Source: Armatimonadota bacterium
GTDB lineage: Bacteria > Armatimonadota > SYMT01
Reading direction: 5' to 3'
Length of the DNA: 59,868 nt
Assembly: GCA_046292385.1 (NCBI GenBank)
Contig: JBKBRF010000042.1
Span: 1-59,868 of the forward strand
This document shows positions 1 through 9,952 of this stretch, in pieces. The position numbers and the translations under genes were made by a program. The notes beneath the pieces are model-generated. The model searched no databases. It had not been told where the DNA came from and worked only from the letters and a program-made list of their open reading frames with translations. Every line of letters begins with the position of its first letter. Within the stretch, counting starts at the first letter, position 1.

Positions 1-748
1 AGCGGATCGTGGGCCTGCAGGTAGCGCATCCCCGGCCTCCTTCGCGCAAGCGAGCGATGCGGCAAAACCTTCCTGCGCCACCAGCGGCGTAACTTTACAG
101 CGTGTGACACAAGCTCCCGCACTCCAGGGCCTTCGGCCTGCGTGGACGTAGGACCCTCGTTCTCAGGCGGTCGGGTGCACCAGATCGAGAGACGCCCCTG
201 CCTCGCCGTCCTTGCGGCTCAGGGCTGCCCAAAATGCATCGCACCCCCGCCCTGTCCCGCTCCACGCCATACCCTTCCTCTCCTTGGGGCACCAAGCGAC
301 CAATCGCCGGGAGGCCGAGTTCCCGAGCCGTTGCCCCTCGCGCGAAGACCCGCCAGGGCTGCGCCCAAGAGGGGCCTTGGGTTTCACGCGAAGACACGCC
401 GACCCGAGGGGCGTTCTTGCGGTAGGAGCCCGCACATTCAGGGGGTAATTGTTCGGGTTATCGGGCGCTAATTAATCGTGGATACGAGGCCCTATTCTCT
501 AATTAATTAAGTGAAAGCCTCTCGACCAAATAACCACGAGATCGAGAGAGTATCGCGCAAATAATCGTCAGGGGGGCGTTTGAAATGAAATGGTTTCGGT
601 ATATTCAACCGGCGCTGCGAGAGAGATCCCGGAGCGCCGGGAGAATGCCGAGATCGATCAGGCGAACGCGCTAGTTCCGGCTTCTTCCTGAGCTCGGTTC
701 ACTCAGGACAATTGGGGACGGGATCCCCACCGCTCGGAGACTAAAGAA

Positions 749-2011
749 ATGCTAAAGAAACTGCTCGCGGTAGCAGCCGTGAACGCGATTGTCTTGTTCG
801 GAGGTGTGCAGCCCGCGTATGCCGGTGGGCTGTTCGTGACGGGTCACGATCCCGACTATCATTCCAACCCGAACGGCCCGGATCCTATTGCTGCCCGGGG
901 TATTCTCAACGTGGCGGTGGACTACGTAACGGAGGGCAAGCCGAATCCGCGCATCCTGGTAGTGACCAGTCGCATCAATCCTGGTGGCAATCAGAAGGAT
1001 ACGGTGCTCGGGATCACCGCTGCCGGCTTCACCGGGTTCGACGTGGCTTCCGCGGGAGGCCAAGAGGGGACACTGGACGTCGCTAACGTCAACTTCTACA
1101 ACTACGATGCGATCATCGTGGGCTCCGACGTTGGCGGCTGGCTGAGGCAGGAAGAGGTAGATCTCCTCGTCGCGCGGAAGTTCGAGCTGGAAACATACGT
1201 GGATGCCGGTGGCGGTCTGGTCGTGCTGAACGAGAGCGGTAATCGCGGAGATGTAGGGACTGCGTATCAAGGAGTGCAGTACAATCGTTACGGTTTCGTG
1301 CCGCTCGTCATCTCCGAGGCCATTTCTCATCACCAACACGAGGGTGAGTTCCAGGTGACCCCTGCAGGTGCCGCGATCGGATTGACGAACGCGATGGTTA
1401 ACGGCAACTGGGCGCACAGCTACTTCGTGAGCTTTGGAGTGGAGTGGTCCGTCGCTGACATGGATCCGCATGGTCGAGCAACCACGCTGATTGCCCGTCG
1501 GGTGCCGCGGCAGGAGATCGACGAGCCTCCGACCATCGAAGTTTCCGGCTGCGATCTGATGATCTGGCCGCCGAACCACAAGATGGTTACGCTGCCGTTC
1601 AACGTGACGGTCACCGACGACAACGATCCGAACCCGCAGGTCGAGATCCTGGTGTTCAGCGACGAGGACGACTTCGCCGGCAACAACGACAATTTCGGGC
1701 CGGACGCCGAGCCGGGGCACCGGTTCACTCCGGACCAGCTGCCGCTGAAGCTGCGGGCGGAGCGCGACGCGCATGGCGACGGCCGGGTTTACCTGGTAGT
1801 GGTAGTGGCGACCGACGGCGCCGGAAACGTGGCGACCCACGGCTGCACCTACTATGTGCCGAAGAGCCAGAGTGCTGCGGACATCGCGAGGGTGAAGGCC
1901 CAGGCCGAGGCCGCGCACCACTACGTGGAAGACCACGGGTCGGTGCCTCCGGGCTTTGTCCCGGTGGGTGAGCCGGTGTCCGACTCCGGTAAGGGCAAGG
2001 GCAAGAAGTAG
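749..2011 (+). CDS. Secreted protein (Sec signal), N-terminal alpha/beta domain, C-terminal WPPNHKM-type Ig-like domain, basic GKGKGKK tail
   Basis: 420-aa ORF with signal peptide ending AYA-G; motifs IWPPNHKMV, LRAERD and GDGRVY; followed by a strong hairpin. Confidence 0.8.
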   Translation: MLKKLLAVAAVNAIVLFGGVQPAYAGGLFVTGHDPDYHSNPNGPDPIAARGILNVAVDYVTEGKPNPRILVVTSRINPGGNQKDTVLGITAAGFTGFDVASAGGQEGTLDVANVNFYNYDAIIVGSDVGGWLRQEEVDLLVARKFELETYVDAGGGLVVLNESGNRGDVGTAYQGVQYNRYGFVPLVISEAISHHQHEGEFQVTPAGAAIGLTNAMVNGNWAHSYFVSFGVEWSVADMDPHGRATTLIARRVPRQEIDEPPTIEVSGCDLMIWPPNHKMVTLPFNVTVTDDNDPNPQVEILVFSDEDDFAGNNDNFGPDAEPGHRFTPDQLPLKLRAERDAHGDGRVYLVVVVATDGAGNVATHGCTYYVPKSQSAADIARVKAQAEAAHHYVEDHGSVPPGFVPVGEPVSDSGKGKGKK

Positions 2012-2050
2012 CGCCCAACTGGGAGGCGGAACAATCGCCTGACGGAGATC

Positions 2051-2090
2051 ACCGGGGGATGGATCTTTCCGATCCGTCCCCCGGTTCTGT
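2051..2090 (+). terminator. Intrinsic terminator-like hairpin
   Basis: accgggggatggatc-tttcc-gatccgtcccccggt (15-bp stem, one G-U pair) then tctgt, 40 nt after the stop codon. Confidence 0.7.
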
Positions 2091-2341
2091 CTGCCGATCA
2101 GGTAAGCGGAGCCGTCACCGTTCTCCCGGAATACTCCCGCAAGCGGATGAGTTTCCAGGTGGGACGCGAGTTCGGGGATCAGGCGGCGAGCCGCTAGCGG
2201 GCAGCGGAGCACGCGCTGAAGACACTGCCAATGGCCGTCTCAGAAGTCAGGCCCAACTGGAGCGGCGTGCGCGGCAAGCGGCAGGATCTCCCGCTCCGGC
2301 GGTTCGACTTTTCGCACTCCGTCCTCGGCACTCCGCCCTTC

Positions 2342-5074
2342 TTACGCAGGTTTGGAGACCGGCTTCAGCGTCAGGCTCGCCGGCTCCGCGGTAAGGCGGA
2401 TCGTGTTGGCACCCGCGTCTTGCCGGTAGTCGCCCTCCAGCGCGTAGGCGGGCTTCTCCGGAGCGGTCGTCTCCCAGCGGAGGCGGGCTCGCGGGGTCCC
2501 GGGAGAGGCGGGGGTGAGGGTGACGCGGACCGCCCGCGTCTTCGGGTGGTAGGCGACCGTCTCGAAAGTGCCGGCGTCGAGCGTCAGGAAGAGGCCTGCG
2601 GGGGCGAGATAGACGCGTTTCCGGAACGAGTCCTGCGGCCGGACGGTGATCCAGCCGCGCTTCCGGGAGAGCTCGCCGCCGAACGCCTGCCAGCCGAAGT
2701 CTCTCGTCTCGACGACGTAAGTCCCGATGTTGAACGAGTGGCCGAAGAAGTTGGGGCCGTAGTCGCCGGAGTAGGCGTCCCACTTCAGCGTCGAGGGAAA
2801 CGAGTGGAACGCGGCGGAGGCGAATCCGTCCCGATCGATGTTGGAGAGGGCGCCCATCGTGCCGCCGTAGCCGACCCGCAGCAGGTAGAGGTCGTCCGGA
2901 TGCTGCCGGTACTCCGTGAGCAGCGGGATGGCATTGAGGCCGGAGCCGTAGTGGTGGAGCTGCCGCTCGATCCGGCTCAGCTTTCCGCCGTAGAGAAAGT
3001 CCCAGTAGCGGCGGGCGTTGCCGTTGTAGCCCCAGTGCGGGACCGTCGGATCGTAGGCGAGGATCGAGTTGAGCGTCACCTGCGCCTTCTCCTCGTATCC
3101 GAACCGCTTGCACCAGGCATAGACCTCTTCCTGGCCGGTGGAGTCCCACGCCATCTCGCTCCCGAACGGGTACGGCTCCACCTTCCAGCGGTCGGCGCGC
3201 TCCCGCATGCGCGCCTCGATCAGCGCGGCCTGCTCCGTCCAGCCCTCCCGCTTCAGATCGTCCAGCAGCGCGGTGAAGACGCTCCCGTCCATCAGCCCCA
3301 GGCGCCAGTAGCCGACCCGGTCCCGGCCCCGCGCGTCGCGGCTGGTCAGGAGCTCGGTGGTGCGGTAGGCCTGGTTCAGGTACCACTCCCACGGGCTCTG
3401 GGTCAGCTCGGGGTGGTTGCGGGCGACCCGGTAGAGCGACCAGTACGCCGCCACCACGTGCGGATAGTTGTAGCCGCGGCCGATGTCGTCGGTCGCCTGC
3501 TTGCTCCAGGAAGTCCAGCTTTCCCAGTTGAGCTTCGGATCGTAGGGGAAGTCGGGCAGGATCTTGGGGTCGTAGAAGAAGACGCTCTTCCGCACCCCAT
3601 AGGCTTTCGGGCCGTCCTTGAACTGCAGGTTGCCCCAGAGCACCCGCTGCACGAACGACTCGAGCTTCGCCACCTCCTCGCGGTCCGGCCGGCCGAACTG
3701 TTTCATCGCCAGCGCCAGCCAGTTGCCGGAGCCGCCCTCGTCCCCCAGGCCGGCGATCCAGACGCGCGAGTCCTGCCGGACCTGCCGGTCCGCTTCGCGG
3801 TCGTAGGAGATCGCCGAGGGCGCGCGGCCGAACGGGTCGCTCTCGTCGGTGAACCACGCCCTGGTGGTGAGGAAGCGGCCAAGGTCGGCCACCGCCTCGG
3901 CGGACGGCTTGATCACGTAGTAGCTCACCACCTGCCGGGTGCCGTCGCCGTACGTCACCGTGAGCCGCGCGCGGCCCCAGTGGCGGCCCCGGAGCGTGTA
4001 GCCTTTCCAGCCGTTCCGGCCCTCCCGGTTGGGGCTCCACTCCAGCGCGCCGGCCGGCTCCACCGCCAGGCTGCGGACCGCCTTCCCGTACTTCAGGAAC
4101 AGGCGCCCCTGCTGGTCCATCGGCAGCACGTAGCCGGAAAGCCCTACCGCGACCGGCCGCCCCAGGCTAACGAGCGTCTCCTCGATCTGCCGGATGCCCG
4201 GCGCAGGGGTGAGTTGGACCCCGTAGGCGCGCGTCTCGCCCGGCTTCAGCACCGCCGCGGTGGGCTCCACCCACTGTTCCACGCCCTTCCACTCGTTGTC
4301 CGCGAAGGCGCGGGTGTGGACGGTCCACTCCATCATCCCCTCGAACACCTGGTTCGGCCGCATCGGCTCGTTCACCAGCCGCCACGCCTCCAGCGGCGTC
4401 GTGCCGACCGGCGTGACGACCAGCGTGGGGCCGACCCCATCCAGCCGCGTCACGCGCAGGAAGCCGGCGTCTCCGCCGATGTATGGGTCGGTAAAGGAGC
4501 ACTTCGCGTGCGCCTCTTCCAGGCGGCGATCGGTGATGATGTTGTTGAACGGCATCGGCAGGCCGAGCGCCCCGATCTCTACCGGCGCGTCGCCCGGGTT
4601 GGAGACGCGGAACGTGAGCCGCAGCCGCCCCTTCACGTTCTCCCAGGAGCGGACCACCTTCAGCGGCGTCCCGGCCGGCAGCGTGCCGGCGAGGTCGTCG
4701 GTCACCGCCGCGGGCGTGGCGCTTAGCCGCGCGACCGGACGGCGGCGCGCGTAGGTGGAGAAGCTCTTCCACTCACTCTCCCCGGCCCGCCGCGCGCGGA
4801 AGCTAAGATCGCCCAGGTGCACGGAGCCGTCGCCGGAGCGCACCGCCAGGCGGTCCGCCGGGAGAAAGTCGAACCCGCCGCCGCCCTCCGGGAGCAGGCT
4901 GACCGCGACGCCCGCCTCGTTTCCGAGGACCAGGGTGTAGTCCGGCGTCTCCAGCGTGTGGGTGCCCCGCTCCAGCCCGAGCGTGGCGGGCGGCGCCGGT
5001 CGTTCCCGCCGCTGCGCGGAGGCGGAGCCCAGCGCCAGGAGCGAGACGGACAGGATCAGGAGAGAGTTCTTCAT
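2342..5074 (-). CDS. Secreted DUF5695-family putative glycoside hydrolase
   Basis: 910 aa with signal peptide; motifs GSEMAWDSTGQE, HWGYNGNARRYWDF, ERQLHHYGSGLN and GDYGPNFFGH, recalled as typical of DUF5695. Confidence 0.75.
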   Translation of the reverse strand: MKNSLLILSVSLLALGSASAQRRERPAPPATLGLERGTHTLETPDYTLVLGNEAGVAVSLLPEGGGGFDFLPADRLAVRSGDGSVHLGDLSFRARRAGESEWKSFSTYARRRPVARLSATPAAVTDDLAGTLPAGTPLKVVRSWENVKGRLRLTFRVSNPGDAPVEIGALGLPMPFNNIITDRRLEEAHAKCSFTDPYIGGDAGFLRVTRLDGVGPTLVVTPVGTTPLEAWRLVNEPMRPNQVFEGMMEWTVHTRAFADNEWKGVEQWVEPTAAVLKPGETRAYGVQLTPAPGIRQIEETLVSLGRPVAVGLSGYVLPMDQQGRLFLKYGKAVRSLAVEPAGALEWSPNREGRNGWKGYTLRGRHWGRARLTVTYGDGTRQVVSYYVIKPSAEAVADLGRFLTTRAWFTDESDPFGRAPSAISYDREADRQVRQDSRVWIAGLGDEGGSGNWLALAMKQFGRPDREEVAKLESFVQRVLWGNLQFKDGPKAYGVRKSVFFYDPKILPDFPYDPKLNWESWTSWSKQATDDIGRGYNYPHVVAAYWSLYRVARNHPELTQSPWEWYLNQAYRTTELLTSRDARGRDRVGYWRLGLMDGSVFTALLDDLKREGWTEQAALIEARMRERADRWKVEPYPFGSEMAWDSTGQEEVYAWCKRFGYEEKAQVTLNSILAYDPTVPHWGYNGNARRYWDFLYGGKLSRIERQLHHYGSGLNAIPLLTEYRQHPDDLYLLRVGYGGTMGALSNIDRDGFASAAFHSFPSTLKWDAYSGDYGPNFFGHSFNIGTYVVETRDFGWQAFGGELSRKRGWITVRPQDSFRKRVYLAPAGLFLTLDAGTFETVAYHPKTRAVRVTLTPASPGTPRARLRWETTAPEKPAYALEGDYRQDAGANTIRLTAEPASLTLKPVSKPA

Positions 5075-5243
5075 CGCGGCGGCTCCGTGGTCGTGACGCG
5101 CCTCAGAGTTCGGCCGGGCTCCGGCGCGAGTCCTGCGGCGCGCGCCCCGTTCGGTTCAACCGGCCGGCGGGGGATGATAGAGTATGCTGGCACCGGCTCC
5201 AGAGAGCCCGTGCCTCTCAAGTCCCGCCCGCAGGAGGAGCGCG

Positions 5244-6338
5244 ATGAACCGGACGCCTCTCGCCTCGCTGCACGAAGCGCGCGGCGCGCAGTGGATGGAG
5301 CACCAGGGTTGGGAGATTCCCGCCTACTACTCCTCCGTTCAGGAGGAGTACGAAGCGCTGCAGGAAGGCGTGGCGCTGGTCGACTTCTCGTTCCGGGGCA
5401 AGCTGCGGGTCACCGGCCGCGACCGCCGCACCTGGCTGCATGGGCAGGTGACGCAGGACGTGAACGGCCTGCCGGACGGCCACGGCGCCTACGCCGCGGT
5501 GCTGAGCCCGAAAGGGCGGATGGTGAGTGACCTCCGCCTCTTCGCCCTGCCGGACGCGCTGCTGGCCGACTTCCCCGCCGAGCCGGCGGAGCCGCTGATC
5601 CCGTACCTGGACCGCTACCTGATCATGGAGCGCGCGGAGATCGAGGACCTCACCGCTTCCCACGCGCTGCTCTCTCTCCAGGGCCCGCAGGCCTGCTGCG
5701 CCGTGATCTCGGTGGTCGGCGACGAAGTAGCGGAGCTGCGTCCGTGGGAGATGAAGGAGATCACTTACCGGGACGAGCCGCTCTACGTCAACCGCGTGAG
5801 CCACTGCGGGGAGGACGCGTTCGATCTCTGGGTGCCCGCCCATGGCGCGCCCTCGCTCTGGGCGGCGCTCTCCACCCGGCGGCCGGACTACGCCGTCTTC
5901 TCGGTAGGGTGGGAAGCGATCAACATCCGCCGCACGGAAGCGGGTCTCCCCTGGTGGGGCGCGGAGCTGGACGGCTCGACCGTGCCGCCGGAGGCGCGCC
6001 TGGAGCACGCGGTCAGCTACGAGAAGGGCTGCTACGTCGGCCAGGAGATCATCGCCCGGATCCACGCGCGGGGACACGTGAACAACCTGCTCGCCGGCTT
6101 CCACGTGGAGGGCGCGCTGCCCGAGCGCGGCGCCGAGATCCGGGCGGAGGGTAAGCCGGTTGGGCGGGTCACCACCGCGCTCCACTCGCTGCGCCTCGAC
6201 CGCCCCATCGCGCTCGGCTACCTTCGCCGGGAGCATCAGGAGACGGGCACCCGGCTCACCGTCGATACGCCGCAGGGTCCCTCTACCCTGGTGGTCACCA
6301 GCCTTCCGTTCGTCCCGCACGACTATCCTACGCCATAG
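5244..6338 (+). CDS. ygfZ: Folate-binding YgfZ/GcvT-family aminomethyltransferase-like protein
   Basis: KGCYVGQE motif; GcvT-like N-terminus (RTPL..LH); AGGAGG Shine-Dalgarno before ATG 5244. Confidence 0.85.
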   Translation: MNRTPLASLHEARGAQWMEHQGWEIPAYYSSVQEEYEALQEGVALVDFSFRGKLRVTGRDRRTWLHGQVTQDVNGLPDGHGAYAAVLSPKGRMVSDLRLFALPDALLADFPAEPAEPLIPYLDRYLIMERAEIEDLTASHALLSLQGPQACCAVISVVGDEVAELRPWEMKEITYRDEPLYVNRVSHCGEDAFDLWVPAHGAPSLWAALSTRRPDYAVFSVGWEAINIRRTEAGLPWWGAELDGSTVPPEARLEHAVSYEKGCYVGQEIIARIHARGHVNNLLAGFHVEGALPERGAEIRAEGKPVGRVTTALHSLRLDRPIALGYLRREHQETGTRLTVDTPQGPSTLVVTSLPFVPHDYPTP

Positions 6339-6342
6339 AGAG

Positions 6343-6423
6343 TTGCAGGTTGGCAGGTTCGCAGGTTCCGAGCCTCCGCCTGCCGGTAAGGCTGACCTGC
6401 AACCTGTAATCCTGCAACCTGCT
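6343..6423. repeat. Inverted array of short GCAGGTT/AACCTGC repeats forming a stem-loop
   Basis: ttgcaggttggcaggttcgcaggtt ... acctgcaacctgtaatcctgcaacctgc. Confidence 0.65.
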
Positions 6424-6460
6424 ACCCCCTGAACGCCGCGTGAAGAGAAGCTAACTGGGA

Positions 6461-7654
6461 ATGGATCGGCGCGTCCTCGGTACGATATTCCTCACGATCT
6501 TCCTCGACCTGGTCGGGTTCGGAATCGTGCTGCCGCTGCTGCCGCGGTTCGCCGCGGCGCACGGGGCGTCCGAGTGGCAGATCGGGCTGCTGATGGCGAC
6601 CTACTCGCTGGCGCAGTTCGTCTTCGCGCCGTTCTGGGGAGGGCTCTCGGACCGGGTGGGACGCCGTCCGGTGCTGCTCTTCAGCATCGGCGGGTCGGTG
6701 ATTTCCTACGTCCTCTTCACCTTTGCCTCCACGCTGGAGGTGCTCTTCATCTCCCGCGCCATCGCCGGGGCGATGGCGGCGAACATCGCCACCGCGCAGG
6801 CCTACGTGGCGGACACCACCGCGCCGGAGGACCGGGCGAAGGGGATGGGGATCGTCGGCGCCGCCTTCGGACTCGGCTTCGTCTTCGGTCCCGCGATCGC
6901 CGGCATCACCGCTCACCTGGCGGGAGAGATCGACGCCGACCCGCAGATCGCGGTGGGCCTGGTGGCGGCGGCGTTCTCGCTGCTCGACCTCTGCCTGGCC
7001 GGGGCGCTGCTGCGCGAGTCGCTGCCCCGCAGCCGCCGCGGGATTGCGTCTGCCGGGCCGCAGCCGCCGCGCCTGGCGCGCATGGCCGCCGCGCTGACCG
7101 CTCCGGGCACCGGGATCCCGATCCTGCTCTTCCTCCTCACCACGCTGGCGTGGAGCCAGCTCGAGCCGACCCTCGCCCGGCTCGCGCAGGAGCGGTTCGC
7201 CTTCAACGAAGCCCGCACCGGCTACGTCTTCGCCTACCTGGGCCTGGTGGTGGCGGTAGTGCAGGGCGGAGTCACCGGCCGCCTCGCCCAGCGGGTGGGA
7301 GAGCGCCCGCTGATCGTCCTCGGCACGGTGCTGTTGGGGGTGGGGCTCCTACTGCTGGCGAGCGTGGGGTCGGTCGCCGGACTGCACTGGGCGCTCCTGG
7401 CGGTGGGGCTGGGGCAGGCGTTGAATGCGCCGGGCATCCACGCGCTCATCTCCCGCGCGGCCGCTGCCACGGAGCAGGGCAGCACCTTCGGGGTGACCCA
7501 GGGCTTCTCCAGCCTGGCGCGCTTGGCGGGGCCGATCGCCGGCGGCTGGCTCTTCGGGCTGCGGCACGAGTATCCGTTCTGGTTCGGGGCGCTCCTGATG
7601 CTCCTGGGAGCGCTCCTCGCGATCGCCCTGCTGCGCGGCTCCGCCCGCGATTAG
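6461..7654 (+). CDS. MFS transporter (TetA/DHA1-like)
   Basis: Motif A GGLSDRVGRRPV, motif C GFVFGPAIAG, about 12 hydrophobic segments. Confidence 0.9.
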   Translation: MDRRVLGTIFLTIFLDLVGFGIVLPLLPRFAAAHGASEWQIGLLMATYSLAQFVFAPFWGGLSDRVGRRPVLLFSIGGSVISYVLFTFASTLEVLFISRAIAGAMAANIATAQAYVADTTAPEDRAKGMGIVGAAFGLGFVFGPAIAGITAHLAGEIDADPQIAVGLVAAAFSLLDLCLAGALLRESLPRSRRGIASAGPQPPRLARMAAALTAPGTGIPILLFLLTTLAWSQLEPTLARLAQERFAFNEARTGYVFAYLGLVVAVVQGGVTGRLAQRVGERPLIVLGTVLLGVGLLLLASVGSVAGLHWALLAVGLGQALNAPGIHALISRAAAATEQGSTFGVTQGFSSLARLAGPIAGGWLFGLRHEYPFWFGALLMLLGALLAIALLRGSARD

Positions 7655-7767
7655 CGCGAGCGACCACCGGGTAACACCCGGCAAAGGCAGCCGGCCGGGA
7701 GCCGGCGGGCCGTTGCCGAACGAGTGACCCGGCGCTCCCCGAGAGTGCCGCCCGGAGGGAGCCAGAG

Positions 7768-8136
7768 ATGCAGAGCGCCGCCCGCGGCAGGTATGCTGCC
7801 GCCCGCCCCCGAGTTTGGTCGGCTGCCGCCGCCCCCGGCCTGCCGGTCTGCGCCGAGGCGATGGTCCTGTTCGCCATCTGCGCTCTCGACATGCTCAGCT
7901 CCGCCTGGCTCTTTCACCACGGCCTCGCGACGGAGGCGAACCCGCTGCTCCGCCCCGCCGCCGAGGCGGGCCTGCTGCCGTTCATGCTGGCGAAGTCGGC
8001 GTCGTTCATCCCCGCCCTGGTCATCCTGGAGGCGCTGCGCCGCCGCCATCAGCAGTTCGTGGTGCGCCTGCTGCGGATCGCGATCGTCGCCTACGTGGGG
8101 ATCTACGGTACGCTGACGCTGGGGCAGATGCTCTAG
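7768..8136 (+). CDS. Small membrane protein, DUF5658-like
   Basis: LD...T-E-A-N-P motif and three hydrophobic segments; start uncertain (7768 or 7861). Confidence 0.6.
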   Translation: MQSAARGRYAAARPRVWSAAAAPGLPVCAEAMVLFAICALDMLSSAWLFHHGLATEANPLLRPAAEAGLLPFMLAKSASFIPALVILEALRRRHQQFVVRLLRIAIVAYVGIYGTLTLGQML

Positions 8137-8140
8137 TAGT

Positions 8141-8369
8141 GCGTATCGCGTATTGCGTAGCGGAGCGCCTGTCCCTCTTTCCAACGCGTCGTGCCGGGCG
8201 AAGGCTGAAGGGAGCTCTGCTTCCGGACACGTTGTGCGGGTGAAAGGCTGAAGGGAGCTCCGCTTCCCGACACGTCGTGCGGGCGAAAGGCTGAAAAGCG
8301 CTCCGCCCGGCACGACATCCTGGAAAGAGCTCCAAGCCCGTCGCTACGCAATACGCGCTACGCAATACG
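8141..8369. repeat. REP/MITE-like element: 7-mer-based inverted ends with three ~43-bp internal direct repeats
   Basis: gcgtatcgcgtattgcgtagcg ... cgctacgcaatacgcgctacgcaatacg; internal gtcgtgc(c)gggcgaa(a)ggctgaa(gggagctc) three times. Confidence 0.7.
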
Positions 8370-8421
8370 ATAGACTCACCCTACGGTGGTAGCTCCCCTG
8401 TTCGGTGCGCCGGGTTCCCTG

Positions 8422-9078
8422 ATGTCCTTCGCGAGCGTCCGCGCCGTCCTGTTCGACCTGGACGGGACGCTGGTCCACACCCATATCGACTTCCCCGCGA
8501 TGAAGCGGACGGTGCTGGAGCTGGTTTCCGGGCACGGGCTGGACCCCGCCCCGTACGCGGAGCTCGACGTGCTCTCGGCGATTCAGGCGGCCTGCGCCGC
8601 GCTGGAGCGGCCGGAGCCGTTCCGGTCCGGGGCGGAGGCGGCGCTGGAGGAGATCGAGCTGGCGGCGTGCGAGGGAGCGTACGCGGCGGAAGGCGCGGCG
8701 GAGACGCTCGATTGGCTCCGGTCGCGCGGGATCGGGGTCGGGATCGTCACGCGGAACAGCCGGAAAGCGGTGGAGCGCGTGCTTGCCGGGCTGCCGCTGC
8801 CGTATGAAGTACTGCTGACCCGCGCCGATACGCCCCGCGTGAAGCCGGACCCGGCCCACCTGCTGCTGGCGCTGGAGCGGCTCGGTGCCGAGCCGGACCG
8901 CGCGGTGATGGTCGGCGACCACCGCATGGACGTGACCGGCGGAAAGAGCGCCGGGATGCGGACGCTCGGAATCCTCACCCCGGGGCGCCCGGCGGACTAC
9001 TTCGACCCGGTGGCGCCGGACGGTGTCATCCGCAGGCTGGCGGAGCTGCGTTCTTGGATCTATCCGTCGTCATCGTAA
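8422..9078 (+). CDS. HAD-family hydrolase (phosphoglycolate phosphatase-like)
   Basis: FDLDGTL, VTRN, KPDP and MVGD motifs. Confidence 0.9.
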   Translation: MSFASVRAVLFDLDGTLVHTHIDFPAMKRTVLELVSGHGLDPAPYAELDVLSAIQAACAALERPEPFRSGAEAALEEIELAACEGAYAAEGAAETLDWLRSRGIGVGIVTRNSRKAVERVLAGLPLPYEVLLTRADTPRVKPDPAHLLLALERLGAEPDRAVMVGDHRMDVTGGKSAGMRTLGILTPGRPADYFDPVAPDGVIRRLAELRSWIYPSSS

Positions 9079-9947
9079 ACTGGAACACCCGGGAGCTGCT
9101 GCGGGACTGCCTCGCCTCGCTGTGGGCGGCGCGGCCGCACTCCGGGCTCGAGACCGAAGTGATCGTGGTCGACAACGCCTCCGCGGACGGGAGCGCCGCG
9201 ATGGTGGCGAGCGAGTTTCCGGAAGTCCGGCTGATCGCGAACACGGAGAACCGGAACTACGCGGCGGGGAACAACCAGGGGCTGGCGCTCGCTTCCGGGC
9301 GGGCGGTGCTGCTGCTCAACCCGGATACGGTGGTGCCGCCGGAAGCCCTGCCGTCGCTGGTGCGGGACCTGGCGGAACACCCCGGCGCCGGCGCCGTTTC
9401 CCCCGCGCTGGTCTACCCGGACGGCCGCATCCAGCCTTCCGTGCGCGGCTTTCCGTCCCCGGCGGCGCTGGTCGGCGAGCTGACCGGCCTGGCGCGCCTC
9501 TTTCCCGGGTCGGCGCTCGGCGCCTACCGGGTCGGCGACCTGCCGCCCGACCGCGCCACGTCGGTCGACCAGCCGATGGCCTCCGCCTTCATGCTCCGCC
9601 GGGAGGCGCTGGACCAGGTCGGGTTCTTCGACGAGCAGTTCCCGCTCTTCTTCAACGACGTCGATCTCTGCTACCGGCTGAAGCAGGCGGGCTGGGAGAT
9701 CCTGTACGATCCGCGGGTGCGGGTGGTGCACGTGGGGGGCGCCAGCACGCGGCAGGTGCGCCCGCAGGCGATCCGGATGTCGCACGAGGGATTGAAGCGC
9801 TTTTACGCGACTCACTATCGCCGCCGACTGCCGCTGCCGCTGTACAGGCTGCTGGTGGGAATGATCGATCTATCGGGTCGCCTCCGCGCCGCGCTGGCGG
9901 AGCGCCGCCAGGCGAGCGGCGGGGGCGGAAGCTCAACAGGAAGCTGA
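9054..9947 (+). CDS. Glycosyltransferase family 2 (WbbL-like)
   Basis: LSVVIVNWN, VVDNASADGS, LLLNPD and FDEQF...NDVDLC motifs; TTG start overlapping the HAD gene. Confidence 0.9.
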   Translation: MDLSVVIVNWNTRELLRDCLASLWAARPHSGLETEVIVVDNASADGSAAMVASEFPEVRLIANTENRNYAAGNNQGLALASGRAVLLLNPDTVVPPEALPSLVRDLAEHPGAGAVSPALVYPDGRIQPSVRGFPSPAALVGELTGLARLFPGSALGAYRVGDLPPDRATSVDQPMASAFMLRREALDQVGFFDEQFPLFFNDVDLCYRLKQAGWEILYDPRVRVVHVGGASTRQVRPQAIRMSHEGLKRFYATHYRRRLPLPLYRLLVGMIDLSGRLRAALAERRQASGGGGSSTGS

Positions 9948-9952
9948 AACGC

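Noticed and set aside
55..100. GGCAAAACC as a c-di-GMP-I riboswitch start
   Set aside because: The GNRA-capped stem and downstream GCAAAGC element are missing
2231..4726. Long antisense ORFs (also 13827-15752, 20188-21711, 41198-43183 and others)
   Set aside because: Typical high-GC shadow ORFs opposite well-supported genes
8185..8320. Possible mini-CRISPR
   Set aside because: Repeats are contiguous and degenerate, with no spacers
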